Virus record (IMG/VR): IMGVR_UViG_3300043409_001052
Span: 1-39,330 of that record
Direction: 5' to 3' (one strand)
Source of the DNA: a virus
Taxonomy: Duplodnaviria; Caudoviricetes
DNA: 39,330 nt
This document shows positions 27,279 through 36,933 of this stretch, one piece after another. Position 1 is the first letter of the stretch. Each line of letters begins with the position of its first letter. Under the pieces are notes generated by a model. The model worked only from the letters and a program-made list of their open reading frames with translations. It was not told the DNA's origin and searched no databases. A program made the translations under genes and the position numbers.

Positions 27279-28210
27279 TATGCTGATTGATATGGATAGA
27301 TGTCAGCGTCCCAACCCATTGGGCCAGAGAGAAGAAGGTCTGCTTGAATCTTGTATAATCCACCAAATACTTCCATGTTGATTCCAGTAATTAACCAGCT
27401 TGGACCCTTTGTCAGTGCTTCATCGTCTGAAGCAATTATCAATTTTGGCTGTAAAGCTATAGCGCTGTAAGCATCTGGTATTTGGAAAACTCCCCAAGCC
27501 TTAGAACGGGTTGCCCAACCTGTGTATTTGCAAGTATCAGTAGCAAGCGCAGTGTTTGATGTATAAGCAGTAAGCTTCATGGTTACGCTTGGTCTGAAGA
27601 ATGACTTAACGCCAGCCTTGATGTTTACTTTATCTGAAAGCTTCTGCTGTGGCAAGAACCCTACGAACTGATAATTAAATGCTCCAGGAATTGATCCAGG
27701 AAGCCATTTGGCCCTGTAAGGATTTGTCTCATTATTCATTGTCAACGGAGGGCCAGTCTCTGTTAACTTACCACCAAGGGGTGTACCCTTTGATGGAGTC
27801 ATTTGAGGAATAAGTATTTTTGAGAAATTAGGATGCGTTTCGATTGGTTCAGATACAGCCGCAGAAGTAAGCGTTGCTTCGGTAGCAGTTGTTTCACCGT
27901 TACCCTCAACACTATCAATAGCAGCAAAATGAACTGTCCAATTAGCAATGTTGCCATCGCGTCCTTTTTCTTCTGCGCGAATAGCTGTCCAAGTTAAATC
28001 ACCTAGAGCAACTCCTAATGGGCCATCTCCATAGAAATTACTTAATCCGCGCCTAAAGAGAGTTCTTGATTCACCAGCTCCAGAAATATCAGTTGAATAA
28101 TTTAACGTAAGCTGACATAAGCCATATCCATTGTGACTAAATTGATAGTCAGATTGTAATATGAGTAAAGGTTCTTCGCCAAATTGTTTGTATGTTAGTG
28201 GATTTACCAT
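27278..28210 (-). CDS. Putative distal tail/hub protein
   Basis: Directly after the tape measure gene; EPIETHPNF motif. Confidence 0.55.
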   Translation of the reverse strand: MVNPLTYKQFGEEPLLILQSDYQFSHNGYGLCQLTLNYSTDISGAGESRTLFRRGLSNFYGDGPLGVALGDLTWTAIRAEEKGRDGNIANWTVHFAAIDSVEGNGETTATEATLTSAAVSEPIETHPNFSKILIPQMTPSKGTPLGGKLTETGPPLTMNNETNPYRAKWLPGSIPGAFNYQFVGFLPQQKLSDKVNIKAGVKSFFRPSVTMKLTAYTSNTALATDTCKYTGWATRSKAWGVFQIPDAYSAIALQPKLIIASDDEALTKGPSWLITGINMEVFGGLYKIQADLLLSGPMGWDADIYPYQSA

Positions 28211-28215
28211 AAAAT

Positions 28216-29877
28216 TTATCGGACAAGGACTGCTGGTTGTGGAGTTGTTTTTCCAGTAGATCCTGGCTTAGTGTTTTCATCTATTTTTTCAGCTGCTTTT
28301 CGAGTTCCTTCAGTAGCTTCGGCGATCCTATCAACAGGGCCGCGGTTAAGAGTTGATGCAAAGTCACCACCACCCATTGCCTGTAGCGAATTGGCTATGG
28401 CTAGGGAAGGCATTGTTCCGCCTTTTACTTTATTTGCTTCACCTATAATCGGTTTAGACTCCCTGTTGTAAATTTCTTCCAAGGGGTTGAAATATTTTTC
28501 ACCCATCCATGAACGTTCCTTTTGGTTAGCCATCATCTCTCTGACGCGCTTATCCAGCTCTTGTTTTGTTTCTCCTGGTTGCCTTAAGCCTCCTTTATCA
28601 ACTGGCTCAAACATTCCTCCAATTGTTTCATTCCATGGTTTATCAATATTTCTATTAAGGTAATCTTGGAATTGTCTGTGGAAATCAGTAGACTTAGCAT
28701 CTTTTGAACCAGCATAAGATGTTGAAAATATGCCAGTAATTCCCTCCCAAATATCTCCCCAAAACCTATCAGTATCTTTAACTGCCTGTGTCTCAAGTTG
28801 GGATTTCTTGAATCCTCCTTTTCCTAAATTTTCAATACCTCCAGAACCTTCCCTAAACAGAGGAATTAACTTAATGTATTCGTCTCCGAATATTTGCTGA
28901 ACTTGACGTGCGCCCTCTATGTTCTTTGTTAGGTCTCCATATTTATTGGCTAAGAACTGGATTGCGTCTGATGCGTCTACAGCTCCAGATGCAATTTTCT
29001 CTTGGTCAATATCCATACCCATGTCTTTTAGCAGTGAAACTTTCCTTAAACCTTCTGGATCTCCAACGACTGAACCAGATAAACTTTGTTGTAAGTTTCC
29101 AGCAATAGCGCTAATTTCATCTGGATTTGAACCTACCTTTCTAGCAGCAGTCTGCAAATTGAACATCTTCTGGTTATTAGTTCCATACAGATTGCCAAGA
29201 GTTTGAGTACCTCTAATTCGTTCAAGTCCATCACCAGCCGCTTGAATTGCTAATTGAAAAGCTTTAATAGCAATAGCCCACGGGCCTAATGTTTTCAACA
29301 AACCAGCGCCAACAACAGAATTGAATTTATCACCCCAATCCTTTGCGTTTGCCTGTTTTTCTGCTTCGCGTTTTCTTTCTTTTTCTCTAGCTTCAACTGC
29401 TTTCTTTTCAGCAGCTTGCTGATCCTGCAATGTCCTAGAATTGAATTTAAGCTTTCTTTGATATTCGGCTTGAGCTTCTTTTCTTTCTTTTTCTTTACGA
29501 GCTGCTTCTTCTTTAGCCTGTTTTTCTTTTTCTTTTTCAGACTCTGAAGCAGCAGCAGCTTGGGCACCTTGCTCGTCCTCAAGAACCCTAGAATTAAATT
29601 TAAGTTTTCTGCGATACTCAGCGTCGGCTTCTTTCCTTTGTCTTTCTTGATTAGCAGCTTCTTCACTTGCGCGCCTTTCTTGTTCTTTTTTTATTTCCTG
29701 TTCGGCATTGGCAAGCTTATCGTAATCAGACTTAGTTCCACCTCCAGGTCCACCACCCTCCCATGGCTTCCTAGTAGCCCTACTACGACGCGTATTGCGA
29801 TCTACAATGTCTGGTATTTCTCCAGCTTTCTTTTCAACATCTGAGATGTCTGCCTTAAATTCAATACTTACGGTCAT
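28216..29877 (-). CDS. Tape measure-like protein
   Basis: Long helical E/K/A-rich protein after the tail tube and chaperone; QIFG....KLIPLFREG..GI motif. Confidence 0.75.
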   Translation of the reverse strand: MTVSIEFKADISDVEKKAGEIPDIVDRNTRRSRATRKPWEGGGPGGGTKSDYDKLANAEQEIKKEQERRASEEAANQERQRKEADAEYRRKLKFNSRVLEDEQGAQAAAASESEKEKEKQAKEEAARKEKERKEAQAEYQRKLKFNSRTLQDQQAAEKKAVEAREKERKREAEKQANAKDWGDKFNSVVGAGLLKTLGPWAIAIKAFQLAIQAAGDGLERIRGTQTLGNLYGTNNQKMFNLQTAARKVGSNPDEISAIAGNLQQSLSGSVVGDPEGLRKVSLLKDMGMDIDQEKIASGAVDASDAIQFLANKYGDLTKNIEGARQVQQIFGDEYIKLIPLFREGSGGIENLGKGGFKKSQLETQAVKDTDRFWGDIWEGITGIFSTSYAGSKDAKSTDFHRQFQDYLNRNIDKPWNETIGGMFEPVDKGGLRQPGETKQELDKRVREMMANQKERSWMGEKYFNPLEEIYNRESKPIIGEANKVKGGTMPSLAIANSLQAMGGGDFASTLNRGPVDRIAEATEGTRKAAEKIDENTKPGSTGKTTPQPAVLVR

Positions 29878-29878
29878 A

Positions 29879-30496
29879 TTAGTTCATGGCTGGCTTTAAG
29901 GCCTTTAAGGGTTTTTGTGGTGGAGGGTTTGTTTTATATTCTTCCTCAAGTCTCTTAAGCTGTTCTTGAGCCATGCGGTCTTCTTCTGAGACTATTTCTG
30001 TTTCTGATCCAGATGCTATTCCAAACGCGGCGTGTAGCCAAACAGCTTGGCTTTCTGGCATTGTCCAAGCCTGTTCTAACGGTATGCTATTTTTAACAAG
30101 GTTAGTGATAACATTCAAAACCCAAGGAACTCCTTGGTCTTTACCGCCGCTTTTGCTGCTCCAGAAGATTGGCCATTGCGCTTGCTCTTGTATTGTTAAT
30201 CCAATTTGTTCGCATTGTTCTAACATTAACCCTGGATCTTCTGTCATATCTTTAACCCACTTAATGTCTTCATCCGTTACCTTTGAAAGAAGCATATCTT
30301 CCATGGTTGTGAATGAAAGAATCTTAGCAGCCATTAAAACTTCAGTTTCAGTTGGAACCCTTACGCCTGTTAAGAAGGGTGAGTCTACTTGATGGAATAC
30401 AATACGATGCCTTAGACATATAGGCTTTGTCGTATAACCGCAAATAACCCGCTGCGTAGGCAGAAGGGTAAATGCGTTAAGGAAACGGCCGTCCAT
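29879..30496 (-). CDS. Putative tail assembly chaperone
   Basis: Between tube and tape measure; AWTMPESQAVW motif. Confidence 0.55.
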   Translation of the reverse strand: MDGRFLNAFTLLPTQRVICGYTTKPICLRHRIVFHQVDSPFLTGVRVPTETEVLMAAKILSFTTMEDMLLSKVTDEDIKWVKDMTEDPGLMLEQCEQIGLTIQEQAQWPIFWSSKSGGKDQGVPWVLNVITNLVKNSIPLEQAWTMPESQAVWLHAAFGIASGSETEIVSEEDRMAQEQLKRLEEEYKTNPPPQKPLKALKPAMN

Positions 30497-30512
30497 AAGG
30501 CCGCTATCGCTA

Positions 30513-30863
30513 TTAGGCGATCTCCTGGTACTTGACTCCCTTGATGGAAACTTTGCGGTAGTCGTTATTTGTTCCGCGGTCAGTTACACCCTTAATGATA
30601 AAGGTAGTGCCGCCGTATTCAAATTGTCCACCGAGCAAGTCTTCTGAGCCTTCAGTTTTCATCACACCATCAATCGAAACTTCAATGCGCTCGTCGTCAA
30701 GACGGTCAGTGATGACGCGACCTTCTTCGTCTTTAATTTCAACGTCCAAAGCGTACTTGAGATCAAAGTCATCAGATTGAACGGTCAATGTCGCAGCTGC
30801 AACGCCGCCGCGGATTCCGTAGATGTGAAGTACTCCAAATTCTTTTTCAGTTCCAGAAGGCAT
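30513..30863 (-). CDS. Putative compact tail tube protein
   Basis: Acidic, beta-rich; canonical position; has its own late motif upstream. Confidence 0.55.
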   Translation of the reverse strand: MPSGTEKEFGVLHIYGIRGGVAAATLTVQSDDFDLKYALDVEIKDEEGRVITDRLDDERIEVSIDGVMKTEGSEDLLGGQFEYGGTTFIIKGVTDRGTNNDYRKVSIKGVKYQEIA

Positions 30864-30880
30864 AGTGGGAAGGTATGTTT

Positions 30881-30895
30881 GTAGCCTTGAGTCAA
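30881..30895 (-). promoter_or_regulatory. Late motif copy TTGACTCAAGGCTAC
   Basis: 17 nt before the ATG at 30863; overlaps the upstream TGA. Confidence 0.75.
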
Positions 30896-31320
30896 ACTTG
30901 AGGTGCTAACACGCCTTGGAGGGTAAAGCTTACGGCATTACCATAGCGGCGCTGGCTCATTCCTTCGGCATCTGATTCAAGCCACATATTATATATTTCC
31001 CCTTGATCAGTACCCCAGGCCGTTTTTACGTCTTCAAAGTTTGTAAGCAGCCCAATGATGTTGGATACCCTGTCTCTATGAGTTTGAAGTGTATCATCAT
31101 CGGCAGAGCTATAGATATACACCTTAACCCCAACGCGGTAATTACCAAGGTTTCCCGAACCAAAAGAATTGGGCTTTGATGAACTGTCTGCGTGTATGAT
31201 AACAAGCGGTAAGACACGGACTTCATCCGTGATACCCTTGTGAATAGTAAGACCAGTTGTGTTGGCCTGTACGTAGGCCACTAACTTGTCTTCGGTTATT
31301 GCTCGGATTGAATTACTCAT
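30892..31320 (-). CDS. Putative tail terminator
   Basis: Size, LPLVIIH motif and position before the tube gene. Confidence 0.55.
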   Translation of the reverse strand: MSNSIRAITEDKLVAYVQANTTGLTIHKGITDEVRVLPLVIIHADSSSKPNSFGSGNLGNYRVGVKVYIYSSADDDTLQTHRDRVSNIIGLLTNFEDVKTAWGTDQGEIYNMWLESDAEGMSQRRYGNAVSFTLQGVLAPQV

Positions 31321-32324
31321 TAGAAAGGATTTTCGGTTGATACGTCAAAGTTGCCAGAAGCTTCTAGCTTGGCAATGGCAGCTTCAATCTTTTCAGACTT
31401 ACTGTTGCCAAGTCTTTTGGCTAACTCATTTCTGATTGAGTAAGCTCTGTGTGATAGACCAGCTTTCCACATTGTAACACCAGGATCATCTGTCATTAAA
31501 TCTTGTTGCAAAGAATTGCCTACGGTTATCGAAAGAACTGGTCTTGATGATAGTTGGTTTTCCATAATACCAGTACCCCATTGATTACCTATGATCCAGG
31601 AAGGTGCGCTCAATGGAGCGTCGCCAATGGCCATCCCTGCGCTGTACCATCCAGCTTTAAGGGCGCCTACGCGCTTAGATACTTTCTTTTTATATGCAGC
31701 CATTTTTTTGTCACGACCAGCAACAAGAAAAACGGTAGAACTACTACGAATGTGCTTTTTATAATTTGGACTTCTTGATCCACCACGCGCACTTATGTGA
31801 GCTGCTTCAATAGAAGAACCACCATAAATAGCATCATACATGGGGGTTTGGTCTTCAGTGAAAAAGCTTTCGTCTGCTATATAAGTTGATTTGAATTTTT
31901 GCCATTCGCCAATACCTCCTAGACCATCTTTGAATCCATGAGGAACTGGAAATCCTCTTTCGCGCCTGTCTTGCAACCAAGCAACAAATATTCCGTAATT
32001 ATCAGTTCTGGCAATATCGCCATAAGAAGAAACAGAAAGTGGGGCAAAAAGATAGTCAAGGTCAGCCTCCATTGAATTGATACCCCTTTGATGGGCTGCT
32101 CCATTTCTTCCAGCCCTAGTACCCGATTCTGGTGGATCTGGTGAATATGGCATTGTGTAGTCCAGCATATCTTGACACAGCAACCTAGCCTGGCGTTTGA
32201 AAACTTTTTCTACGTTTGCTCCAAGTGCATTAACATAAAGCATCATGGTCTTGTTAAGACCATCACCATCTACAACAACGTGTACACTAGCAGTATTCTC
32301 AATGTTGTAGTTAGGATTCTTCAT
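31320..32324 (-). CDS. Putative neck/tail-completion protein
   Basis: Position in the connector block; RVGALKAGW motif. Confidence 0.5.
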   Translation of the reverse strand: MKNPNYNIENTASVHVVVDGDGLNKTMMLYVNALGANVEKVFKRQARLLCQDMLDYTMPYSPDPPESGTRAGRNGAAHQRGINSMEADLDYLFAPLSVSSYGDIARTDNYGIFVAWLQDRRERGFPVPHGFKDGLGGIGEWQKFKSTYIADESFFTEDQTPMYDAIYGGSSIEAAHISARGGSRSPNYKKHIRSSSTVFLVAGRDKKMAAYKKKVSKRVGALKAGWYSAGMAIGDAPLSAPSWIIGNQWGTGIMENQLSSRPVLSITVGNSLQQDLMTDDPGVTMWKAGLSHRAYSIRNELAKRLGNSKSEKIEAAIAKLEASGNFDVSTENPF

Positions 32325-32656
32325 TGTACCTTGGTTTGCACCTTAGCCACGATCCAGGCGGAAGGCGGACGGTTTGCAATGGCCACAATGCGGAACTCCT
32401 CGTCAGCGTAGGCTACGATATTACCGTATGCAAATAGCCCTGGATTGGCGTTATGGGACGCGCGGGTAATCTTTACCTCAAAGGTGGTCTGATTAAGGAA
32501 ACCACCAGTCTCAAGGTCCTGCATAATCATGGGCTGCGTCACTAGGGCTTTTAAGGCCACTGGCGTGCCTCCAGGGACGTTTTTAACAGTGATGTCTTTG
32601 CCTACCTCGGCTAAGATTTCTAATGCGTCTATTGCAGCTTCTTCAAAGAGTCCCAT
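32321..32656 (-). CDS. Putative head-closure (gpFII-like) protein
   Basis: 111 aa, beta-rich, first gene after the capsid terminator. Confidence 0.55.
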   Translation of the reverse strand: MGLFEEAAIDALEILAEVGKDITVKNVPGGTPVALKALVTQPMIMQDLETGGFLNQTTFEVKITRASHNANPGLFAYGNIVAYADEEFRIVAIANRPPSAWIVAKVQTKVQ

Positions 32657-32660
32657 TGTT

Positions 32661-32675
32661 GTAGCCAGCAGTCAA
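32661..32675 (-). promoter_or_regulatory. Late motif copy TTGACTGCTGGCTAC
   Basis: 4 nt before the ATG at 32656; fused to the U-tract of the capsid terminator. Confidence 0.75.
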
Positions 32676-32710
32676 AAAGAGAGAGGCCCCCCGATTGGGA
32701 GGCCCCTCTT
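32674..32710 (-). terminator. Intrinsic terminator after the major capsid gene
   Basis: GAGGGGCCTCCC-AATC-GGGGGGCCTCTC followed by TCTTTTT; a second hairpin GTAGGAGA-N3-TCTCCTAC at 32723-32741. Confidence 0.8.
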
Positions 32711-32756
32711 GCATTGGCGCGTGTAGGAGAACTTCTCCTACGAAAGCCTTAGGCTA

Positions 32757-33662
32757 TTAGGCCGTTAGGTTGATGCGCTGGAGAGCGTCGGGGTTGCCCT
32801 TGGACGAACCAATGAGCCACGAAGCCGAGAGCTTATGGAGACCAGCGGACCAATCGTACCAATAGCGGAGAGCGTACGAGAACTGGCTGTCTGGGTCAGT
32901 CACGATAGTCTGTTCGCCACCGCCCGTTGTAGGAGCAGCAGGGACGCGAGTTACGCAAACTAAACCTTCTTTGCACGAAACGACACCAGCGAGGGTAGCA
33001 TCAATGCCAGCAGCTTCATCGAAACCATTGTACTCGTAGAATTCGATGCCGTGAATCATTCCGAGGCGGTTGCCGCGAATGACTTCCGAAGTACCGATGC
33101 TGAACGCTTGAGCGACTGCAGGGTCCTTGGTGAGCTGGTTGTAGATGTCTGGGCTAACGAGAGCAGCGCGGCCTTCTTGAGGAAGGTTAGCCTTTGTGAG
33201 GCTCTTAGCGATGTTAGCAACCGAAAGACGGTCAAAATCTTCTAAAGCACCATTGTAACCCGATGCGAAGTCCCCGTCAACTTTGGAGAGAACTTGGTCG
33301 AACACGGACTTCACAACAGCGTTAGCCATAGGAGCCATGAACAGACGACGAAGGCGGTCAAGGCTGAGTGTAGCAACTTCGAAGTCCGTGAAAGCAACAG
33401 TGACATGCTTTTGGTCAACGAGAGTTACAGGAACGTCAGTTGATTCAGCGTCCGATTCAACGAAGCCAGTAGCGCGGCTGTAGTTGGAAGCGGTGAACTT
33501 ACCAGCGTAGCGAGTATGGACAGTGGTACCACGTTCTGCAACGTAGGAACCGAAGTCCGTCACCGCAATCTTGGTGAGGGGCTGGAGTTGTGGGACTAGC
33601 GTACGAAGGGATTCTTCGGCAACCAGTTGGAGGGTAAGGCCTCCGATTGAGTTAGTTGACAT
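32757..33662 (-). CDS. Major capsid protein
   Basis: Follows protease and scaffold; GTTVH, RAALVSPDIYNQL, GRLG-like GNRLGMIHGIEFYEYN pattern of HK97-fold coats; strong terminator downstream. Confidence 0.82.
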   Translation of the reverse strand: MSTNSIGGLTLQLVAEESLRTLVPQLQPLTKIAVTDFGSYVAERGTTVHTRYAGKFTASNYSRATGFVESDAESTDVPVTLVDQKHVTVAFTDFEVATLSLDRLRRLFMAPMANAVVKSVFDQVLSKVDGDFASGYNGALEDFDRLSVANIAKSLTKANLPQEGRAALVSPDIYNQLTKDPAVAQAFSIGTSEVIRGNRLGMIHGIEFYEYNGFDEAAGIDATLAGVVSCKEGLVCVTRVPAAPTTGGGEQTIVTDPDSQFSYALRYWYDWSAGLHKLSASWLIGSSKGNPDALQRINLTA

Positions 33663-33691
33663 AGTTATGTATTATCTTGGGGGAAAGAATC

Positions 33692-34147
33692 TCAGAGACC
33701 AGCGGCCTTGAGGATAGCCGAGCGGTTCTTATCATAGAACGCTGTTGCGGCTTTAGGGTCGACTTGCTTCAGCTTAACCCATTCTTCTGTCAGTTCGTCG
33801 CCAGACTTGTCGGCGGCTGCAACTACAGGTGACAGTTCAACAGGGTCAACACCAACGCTAGCTGCGATTGCGGCGGCTTTCTTGCCAGCCGATTCAATCT
33901 TGGCTTCGGCGCTTGCTTTAGCAGCAATAGCGCTTTCGACAATCTTTTTAGCGTCTGCTAATTCGGTTTCCAAAGTAACAACTTTAGCTTCAAGAGCTGT
34001 GGAGTTGGCTTTGAGCAATTCAGTTGCTGCAAGAGCTTCTGTTAATGCTGTTTCCTTGGCTGCGAGAGCCACTGCGTGTGCTTCAGCTTCAGCGGATTTG
34101 CCTGTGAAAGCTTCCTTGAGTGAATTGAGGGTTTCTTCGAGCGTCAT
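33692..34147 (-). CDS. Putative scaffolding protein (start MTLEE at 34147)
   Basis: Ala/Glu/Lys coiled coil between protease and capsid. Confidence 0.65.
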   Translation of the reverse strand: MTLEETLNSLKEAFTGKSAEAEAHAVALAAKETALTEALAATELLKANSTALEAKVVTLETELADAKKIVESAIAAKASAEAKIESAGKKAAAIAASVGVDPVELSPVVAAADKSGDELTEEWVKLKQVDPKAATAFYDKNRSAILKAAGL

Positions 34148-34156
34148 GGTATGGTT

Positions 34157-34171
34157 GTAGCCTTGAGTCAA
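34157..34171 (-). promoter_or_regulatory. Late motif copy TTGACTCAAGGCTAC
   Basis: 9 nt before the ATG at 34147; overlaps the protease stop codon. Confidence 0.75.
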
Positions 34172-34995
34172 AATTGAACGCTCTTGTTTAATGCTTCTTC
34201 GATTGAATTGGCCATGCCAGTGATAATGCCTTTGCCTGCGGCTTTCTTACCAGAGAACGATTGGCCTTCCATGTCTTCGTCTTTAACGTTTGAGCGAACC
34301 GACTTAACGGCCGCACGGAAATCAGCATGAATCTCGTCAACATCGTCCTGGATGTATTGGCGTTGCTCCGCTGACAAAGTGGTACCCATCACGCCGCTAG
34401 CCTTAAATTTACCTGCTTTAATTACTTCCATTTTGATACCTTCATTTTCAAATGCCTGGCTCATATCTGGGAAGGCCACGTATACTCCGATAGAACCGTG
34501 TGTCGACGATGGCGTTCCAAACGACTCATTACCTTGCGAACCGATCCACTCGGCAGCTGAACACTTTTCACCTTCGCACCATGTCAGTGTCGGCTTAACC
34601 TTGCCGATTGCTCGGTATAACGCGGCAGCTTCTGGCACCCCAGTAACTGTGCCGCCTGGCGAATCGACGTCCATGATGACCATCTTAATCGACTTGTCTT
34701 CTGCACACTGGCCCAACCATGTTTTGATGTCATCAACATCTACTGCTCCACAAAACTTTTCCAACTTAGACAGATTTGAACCAATTACCCCTTTTACTGG
34801 AACGTAGGCAATACCGTCTTCGACTTCCATCTTGGCAGGTGTTCCGAACACCATAGAAAGCATCTCCTCCATCTCGGATGATTTGATTTCGTCAAGTCTG
34901 TTAAACTTGCTTAGGCGTGATAGGTAAGCTTCTGCCTTATGCTGCTCGATAAGCATTGGCTTGAACGAGCGCAGGGCTAATGAAAGGTTGTACAT
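34168..34995 (-). CDS. S49-family head maturation protease
   Basis: DVDSPGGTV.G, CSAAEWIGS, GSIGVY, AGKFKA. Confidence 0.92.
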   Translation of the reverse strand: MYNLSLALRSFKPMLIEQHKAEAYLSRLSKFNRLDEIKSSEMEEMLSMVFGTPAKMEVEDGIAYVPVKGVIGSNLSKLEKFCGAVDVDDIKTWLGQCAEDKSIKMVIMDVDSPGGTVTGVPEAAALYRAIGKVKPTLTWCEGEKCSAAEWIGSQGNESFGTPSSTHGSIGVYVAFPDMSQAFENEGIKMEVIKAGKFKASGVMGTTLSAEQRQYIQDDVDEIHADFRAAVKSVRSNVKDEDMEGQSFSGKKAAGKGIITGMANSIEEALNKSVQF

Positions 34996-35009
34996 GGTAT
35001 AAAAATAAA

Positions 35010-36608
35010 TTATTCGGGAATTGTATCCCCTGGGCTTTGGTTCATGTCGCCGAGAGGGTAATCGTCGTCTAAGTCGTCCTCCGCGTCTTCATTCTCATCG
35101 GGCGGTTTGACGGCCATTGACGAATTCATCATGACATCAGAGATAGCTGTGTTATCTGGACGGTATACCATCCAAAGCGGCACGCCTTCCGCGGCGCACT
35201 TGTCGATAATCATCTTCGACTCCATAACGCGGCGGTCAATCTTTGTCGTTAAGTGTTCGCCGTTCTCTTGAGCGTCTTCGCCGAGGGTCTTGATGCCCAT
35301 AGCAATGTCGGCACGGTTTTGAGCCATGTCGCGCGAAGCGTCCACGGTCAAACGCTTAGGAGTTGTCCACATTACTTTTGTCCAGTTGTCACAAGCAGGT
35401 AATTCGCCATTTTTGATGGCGTTACCTATGACGTATCCCCATAGGGGAGTCAGAAAACGATTAATCAGCACCGTCTGTAATTGTTTGAACTGACGGTCTG
35501 CCTTAGCGACCACCAGACGCATTGATGCGCCACCAGCCTTGGATGGGTCGTGTACAAACTCGTACGGCAATGTACCAGCAAGCGAGTCACGGACTAAGTG
35601 CTCCATAAACCCAGTGAATGTTGGGTTAGGACGGTTTGATTCAAACGACTCTAAGCGCTCTCCAGGTGAGAGGGCCAAGATCTTGCCGCCGATAAAGGTT
35701 GAAGCTTCGTTGGGGTTAGTAAGCGCGTCGCCGTTGTAGCTTTGTGGACGCATACCGAATGCTTCAAAGTCTGATTGTGCATTGTCAAACTGTGCGGTTT
35801 CTCGTGTCAACGTACGAACAACGTCAGAACTCATTTTAACAGCGAATTTTTCCAAGGATATGATCTCTAGCATGTCTACCACGTTATTTATGCTATGTTG
35901 AAGCGGACTGTATGCGCGGGCGCCAGACGAAACCTCTGGAGTATAAACGTGCATCACTGCACCTGCTGGAACCTTGCGTGTAGAACCATCCGTACGCGTT
36001 ACCTTGTAAAATTCTGGACGGCCGTACTTCCCGAACATGATACCGTCAACTTCGTTAGGCTCTGGTGCTGAAGACTGTGCTGAACATACCCTATGTGATT
36101 CAATAAGCTGGACGCGGCAGCGGCCTTGTTCGTCTTTTACCTTCATTGGGAAGCACTCGCCGTCTCGCATAACCAGGCGAGCTGCAATCTGCTGAAGTTC
36201 GTATAGGTTGAAACGGTTTGTTATGTCGCATGGCATATTAGCCCAATCAGCAAAGTACTTTTCATACTTTTCGTCAAAGGTTGGGTTACCTGTGCGTACT
36301 TGAGCCGAGATACCGTCACCGACTGTGTAAAGAACGTAATCTGAGAGAACCTGGCGGATAATGCCAGCGTTCAACTCCATCCAGCGCATCTTGCGCGTTG
36401 TCTCAAGACGGTCAAAGACCGTCATCGTCTTCTTGAAGTCAGTCGGCCATGAAGACCAGATCCAGGATCTCTTGTTAGAGAACTTGGCTGACTCGAAATT
36501 CGAGAAGATGCCAGGGCCTCCTGTAGCCCGTGCCTTTAAGTCGGGAGTTACTGCTTTAGGCAGCTTTGCCTTGGGCAATTGTGGTAGTTTTGTTTTTGCG
36601 CGCGCCAT
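35010..36608 (-). CDS. Portal protein, lambda gpB family
   Basis: YTVGDG, RDGECF, QLIESHR, DGI.F...GRP.FY, L.PGE..E; position after terL and gpW-like gene. Confidence 0.9.
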   Translation of the reverse strand: MARAKTKLPQLPKAKLPKAVTPDLKARATGGPGIFSNFESAKFSNKRSWIWSSWPTDFKKTMTVFDRLETTRKMRWMELNAGIIRQVLSDYVLYTVGDGISAQVRTGNPTFDEKYEKYFADWANMPCDITNRFNLYELQQIAARLVMRDGECFPMKVKDEQGRCRVQLIESHRVCSAQSSAPEPNEVDGIMFGKYGRPEFYKVTRTDGSTRKVPAGAVMHVYTPEVSSGARAYSPLQHSINNVVDMLEIISLEKFAVKMSSDVVRTLTRETAQFDNAQSDFEAFGMRPQSYNGDALTNPNEASTFIGGKILALSPGERLESFESNRPNPTFTGFMEHLVRDSLAGTLPYEFVHDPSKAGGASMRLVVAKADRQFKQLQTVLINRFLTPLWGYVIGNAIKNGELPACDNWTKVMWTTPKRLTVDASRDMAQNRADIAMGIKTLGEDAQENGEHLTTKIDRRVMESKMIIDKCAAEGVPLWMVYRPDNTAISDVMMNSSMAVKPPDENEDAEDDLDDDYPLGDMNQSPGDTIPE

Positions 36609-36614
36609 AAATGC

Positions 36615-36905
36615 TTACAGACCTCGGAAGTTGTTGAGAAGATTCCCAACACGAACACGGTCAATACCACCATAAATTTCTGGTGCTTTAATCTGCAAAG
36701 CGTAACGGCACTCTAAAAGGATGGTAGGAGGGTCAATCGGCCAATCCTTGCGGACATCGGTTCCAGAGTCTTTATATTCCATAATTGTCTTACCTTCAGT
36801 GACAATTGAAATTGCCTTGTCTTTGATTGTCTCGATTTGAGCAATCGTGAGAGTCATGAAAATACCCTTCGGTGACGTTGAGCCACGATAATGTACGAAA
36901 GCCAT
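36615..36905 (-). CDS. Putative head completion (gpW-like) protein
   Basis: Small ORF between terL and portal, as in lambda. Confidence 0.55.
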   Translation of the reverse strand: MAFVHYRGSTSPKGIFMTLTIAQIETIKDKAISIVTEGKTIMEYKDSGTDVRKDWPIDPPTILLECRYALQIKAPEIYGGIDRVRVGNLLNNFRGL

Positions 36906-36909
36906 GATA

Positions 36910-36924
36910 GTAGCCTCCAGTCAA
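36910..36924 (-). promoter_or_regulatory. Late motif copy TTGACTGGAGGCTAC
   Basis: 4 nt before the ATG at 36905. Confidence 0.75.
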
Positions 36925-36933
36925 ATACTTAAG

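Noticed and set aside
12321-34171. ORF-track starts at 12321, 16552, 20535, 20813, 21513 and 34171
   Set aside because: They extend into upstream genes or regulatory motifs; coupled starts at 12567, 16630, 20490, 20780, 21474 and 34147 fit better
25758-36924. Late motif read as a standard sigma70 promoter (TTGACT plus TACAAC/TACTAT)
   Set aside because: The spacer would be 6 nt instead of about 17, and in two copies the start site would fall beyond the ATG
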